NCBI RefSeq assembly: GCF_037042905.1
Contig: NC_087250.1
Span: 9,674,001-9,738,000, forward strand
Reading direction: 5' to 3'
From: Lytechinus pictus
Taxonomy: Eukaryota
Length of the DNA: 64,000 nt
Part shown: positions 63,196 to 64,000 of the stretch, piece by piece
Layout: the number at the start of each line of letters is the position of its first letter
Numbering within the stretch: position 1 is the first letter of the stretch
Program-made: the position numbers and the translations under genes
Notes under the pieces: generated by a model
The model's input: only the letters and a program-made list of their open reading frames with translations
Told to the model about the DNA's origin: nothing
Databases searched by the model: none

Positions 63196-63779
63196 AGGAC
63201 AAGTCCACTCCAACAAAAAGTTGATTTGAATAAAAAGAGAAAAATTCAACAAACAAAACATTGAAAATAGCATCATAATCGGATGTAAAATAAGAAAGTT
63301 ATTACATTTTAAAGTTTCGTTTAATTTTACAAAACAGTTATATGCTCATACTGGTCAGTATGCAAATGAGGAGACTGATGACGTCATCCACTCACTATTT
63401 CTTTTGTATTTTATTATATGAAATATGAAATATTCTAATTTTCTCCTCATTGCCAAGTGAAACAACGATTAACTCCTCCCTGAACATGTGGAGTTAGCAT
63501 TGTTTAACACTATATGGTTCAGTCAAGTTGGTCCTTGATATTATATATTGTAAATATTGTATAATTCAAACATAAAAAACAAAAGAAATAGTGAGTGATG
63601 AACATCATCGACTGACTCACCTAGTTGTGCATATCACTGTTTTGTGAAAAATAAGCGAAACTTTAAAATGTCATAACTTTCTTATTTTACATCCGATTAT
63701 GATGAAATTTTCAGTGTTGTGCTAGTTTTATTTTTCTCTATTTATTCAAATCAACATTTTTTGGGGGTGGACTTGACCT
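63196..63779. mobile_element. Family C duplicate
   Basis: As 40088-40681. Confidence 0.88.
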
Positions 63780-64000
63780 TTAACTTAGGAATTAGATGGA
63801 CAACTACACCTGGGTTTCCTTATTCATATAGTGCAGTGGGTTCTTAATGTGCAAAGGTGGTGACTTTCCTCGAGACAGGACCTCAAATTAACGCCCTATC
63901 CGAGAGACGGTTTTCTTCGACTGTAACATAGCCAGCATCGATAGAACAGAAATGAAACGTATATTATTCAATCATGTATATTTTTGTTGTTTTTATATTT

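Larger units (their letters stand above)
44070..64000 (+). repeat. Segmental duplication, copy 2 (runs off the window end)
   Basis: Same anchors. Still aligned to ~40900 at the last base. Confidence 0.95.

Overview
AT-rich, intron- and transposon-rich animal genomic DNA. The repeat families and lectin style suggest a sea urchin; that is an inference. No bacterial-type features are present and almost all ORFs in the supplied track are spurious. Manual splicing on the minus strand gives three genes. One is a 6-coding-exon, ~189-aa four-transmembrane protein with MS4A/CD20-like topology (14701->2573). The other two are tandem copies of a 5-coding-exon, 246-aa secreted protein with signal peptide, linker, EGF and C-type lectin domain (34263->27874 and 57987->47196). 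The two copies lie in a segmental duplication (~17124-40900 vs ~44070-64000+). Its 5' (signal/linker/EGF) half is nearly identical between copies, while its lectin half is clearly diverged. The most striking non-coding signal is a minimal type-I hammerhead ribozyme (18660-18701) behind a CCAAT/TATA/Inr promoter in a Penelope-like remnant. That remnant sits in a SINE tail and is itself interrupted by a 5'-truncated CR1-type LINE with an intact RT ORF. The rest is tRNA-derived SINEs, CR1/L2 fragments, many nested MITEs (8-bp-TSD and TTAA families) and a MITE-derived 157-bp minisatellite. All coordinates and alignments were read by eye; no database searches were run.
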